From NCBI RefSeq assembly GCF_018350175.1, contig NC_058368.1, positions 195,178,001 to 195,242,000 of the forward strand: a DNA stretch of 64,000 nt, read 5' to 3'. Below are positions 61,908 to 64,000 of this stretch, piece by piece. Below the pieces are notes generated by a model. It was not told the DNA's origin. It ran no database searches and was given only the letters and a program-made list of their open reading frames with translations. Each line of letters begins with the position of its first letter. Position 1 is the first letter of the stretch. The DNA comes from Felis catus (lineage: Eukaryota). A program made the translations under genes and the position numbers.

Positions 61908-64000
61908 ATGATTATTGCCTTCTTGGGCTTTGTCATTTTCTTGCTCCGCTGTACAACCTGTGAGAAGCCCCAAGAAGGGATCCCCTCCTCCTCCGCCTGG
62001 CGCTTCACACACTCTCTTTATAATGCGACCATCTACGAAAACTCTGCCCCCAAGACCTACGTGGAGAGCTCCGTGAAAATGGGCATTTACCTCGCCGAGC
62101 CCCAGTGGGCAGTGCGGTACCGGATCATCTCCGGGGACATGGCCAATGTGTTTAAAACAGAGGAGTACGTGGTGGGTGACTTCTGCTTTCTGAGAATAAG
62201 AACAAAGAGCAGTAACACGGCCCTTCTGAACAGGGAGGTGCGAGACAGCTACACCCTCATCATCCAAGCCACGGAGAAGACCTTGGAGTTAGAAGCGTTG
62301 ACCCGGGTGGTGGTCCACATCCTGGACCAGAATGACCTAAAGCCCCTCTTCTCCCCACCTTCATACCGAGTCACCATCTCTGAGGACATGCCCCTCAAGA
62401 GCCCCATCTGCAAGGTGACCGCCACAGATGCGGATCTGGGCCAGAATGCCAAGTTCTACTATGCCTTCAACACAAGGTCGGAGACATTCGCCATCCATCC
62501 CACCAGCGGCGTAGTCACCTTGGCTGGGAAGCTCAACGTCACCTGGCGAGGGAGGTACGAGCTCCAGGTGCTGGCTGTGGACCGCATGCGGAAAATCTCA
62601 GAGGGCAACGGGTTTGGCAATCTGGCTGCCCTGGTCATCCACGTGGAGCCTGCCCTCAGGAAACCCCCGGCCATCACCTCGGTGGTGGTGGCTCCGCCGG
62701 ACAGCAAGGAGGGTGCCACCTACGCCACCGTCATGGTAGACGCAAATAGCTCCGGCGCCGAAGTGGACTCGCTAGAGATAGTTGGGGGTGACCCTGGAAA
62801 GTACTTCAAAGCCATCAAGTCTTACGCCCGCGGCAGTGAGTTCAGTTTGGTGTCTGTCAAAGACATCAACTGGCTGGAGCACCTTCATGGATTCAACCTC
62901 AGCCTGCAGGCCAGGAGTGGGAGCGGGCCTTCTTCTCATTCCCAGATCAGGGGCTTCCACCTACCCCCTTCCAAACTGTCCTCCCTCAAATTTGAGAGGG
63001 CTGTTTACAGAGTGCGGCTTAGTGAGTTTTCCCCGCCTGGCAGCCGCGTGGTGATGGTGAAGGTAACCCGAGCCTTCCCCAACCTGCAGTATGTTCTAAA
63101 GCCGTCCTCAGAGAGTGCAGGGTTCAGACTTAATGCTCGCACTGGGCTCATCACCACCACGAAGCTCAGGGACTTCCATGACCGAGCCCACTACCAGCTA
63201 CACATCAGAACCTCACCGGGGCTGGCCTCCACCACCGTGGTCATTGATATAGTGGACTGTAACAACCATGCCCCCATCTTCAACAGGTCCTCCTATGATG
63301 GCACCTTTGATGAGAACATCCCTCCAGGCACCAGTATTCTGACAGTTACTGCCACAGACCGGGATCATGGGGAGAACGGATACATCACCTATTCCATCTC
63401 TCGTCCAAAAGCTGTGCCCTTCTCTATTGACCCTTACCTGGGGATTATCTCCACCTCCAAACCCATGGACTATGAGCTCATGAAAAGAATTTATACCTTC
63501 CGGGTGCGGGCATCAGACTGGGGCTCCCCATTTCGCCAGGAAAAGGAAGTGTCTATTTCTCTTAGGCTCAAGAACTTGAATGACAACAAGCCTATGTTTG
63601 AGCAAGTCAACTGCACTGGGTCTATCCACGAAGACTGGCCGGTAGGAAAATCACTAATGACTGTGTCCGCTATAGATGTGGACGAGCTGCAGAACCTAAA
63701 ATACGAGTTTGTGTCAGGCAATGAACTAGGGTATTTTGATCTAAACCATTTCTCTGGAGTGATATCCCTCAAGCGCTCTTTTATGAATCATACTACTACT
63801 GGTCAACCCATCAACTACTCCCTGAAAATTACAGCCTCAGATGGGAAACACTATGCCTCACCCACAACTTTGAATGTTACTGTAGTGAAAGATCCTCGTT
63901 TTGAGGTCCCTGTAACATGTGATAAAACAGGAGTATTGACACATTTCACGAAGGCCATCCTCCATTCTGTTGGGTTTCAGAACCAGGACTCCAGTGATGA
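61908..64000 (+). CDS. FAT2: FAT atypical cadherin 2 (protocadherin Fat 2), 5' part of the giant first coding exon; continues beyond the window
   Basis: Manual translation from ATG 61908: [77 protein letters not shown]...[44 protein letters not shown]...[11 protein letters not shown]...[10 protein letters not shown]...NLNDNKPMF...QNQDSSD. Hydrophobic signal peptide plus cadherin Ca-binding motifs (DxND, AxDxD), closely matching my recollection of the human FAT2 N-terminus. Kozak A at -3, in-frame TAG at 61884-61886, and the last codons are in the same frame as the ATG. Confidence 0.97.
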   Translation, partial: MIIAFLGFVIFLLRCTTCEKPQEGIPSSSAWRFTHSLYNATIYENSAPKTYVESSVKMGIYLAEPQWAVRYRIISGDMANVFKTEEYVVGDFCFLRIRTKSSNTALLNREVRDSYTLIIQATEKTLELEALTRVVVHILDQNDLKPLFSPPSYRVTISEDMPLKSPICKVTATDADLGQNAKFYYAFNTRSETFAIHPTSGVVTLAGKLNVTWRGRYELQVLAVDRMRKISEGNGFGNLAALVIHVEPALRKPPAITSVVVAPPDSKEGATYATVMVDANSSGAEVDSLEIVGGDPGKYFKAIKSYARGSEFSLVSVKDINWLEHLHGFNLSLQARSGSGPSSHSQIRGFHLPPSKLSSLKFERAVYRVRLSEFSPPGSRVVMVKVTRAFPNLQYVLKPSSESAGFRLNARTGLITTTKLRDFHDRAHYQLHIRTSPGLASTTVVIDIVDCNNHAPIFNRSSYDGTFDENIPPGTSILTVTATDRDHGENGYITYSISRPKAVPFSIDPYLGIISTSKPMDYELMKRIYTFRVRASDWGSPFRQEKEVSISLRLKNLNDNKPMFEQVNCTGSIHEDWPVGKSLMTVSAIDVDELQNLKYEFVSGNELGYFDLNHFSGVISLKRSFMNHTTTGQPINYSLKITASDGKHYASPTTLNVTVVKDPRFEVPVTCDKTGVLTHFTKAILHSVGFQNQDSSD

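Noticed and set aside
61854..63772. Minus-strand and alternative-frame ORFs overlapping FAT2
   Set aside because: Shadow ORFs of a GC3-rich coding exon with no independent support.

Overview
Mammalian genomic DNA from a felid, most likely cat (judged from ~30 SINEC_Fc-type tRNA-derived SINEs and felid-type L1). The only protein-coding gene I can support is FAT2 (FAT atypical cadherin 2) on the + strand. Its giant first coding exon starts at an acceptor at 61886/61887, ATG is at 61908, and the frame is open to the window end (signal peptide plus about 6 cadherin repeats). The ORF track omits it because there is no stop codon inside the window. A non-coding first exon is predicted near 40100-40270, which gives a ~21.6 kb 5'UTR intron. 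The first ~40 kb is upstream intergenic DNA rich in SINEs, L1, L2, MIR, MLT-type LTRs and hAT MITEs. I found no evidence for a new gene system. The most notable sequence-level observations are retrotransposon target-site oddities: a SINE and a young L1 inserted head-to-head at the same TTTT/AAA position on opposite strands with abutting TSDs, and two different SINEs sharing a triplicated TSD. Also notable are a perfect TACTAAC branch point at the FAT2 acceptor and a closely spaced inverted SINE pair in the FAT2 intron. Repeat family names come from recall of consensus sequences, not a database search, and most repeat boundaries are approximate.
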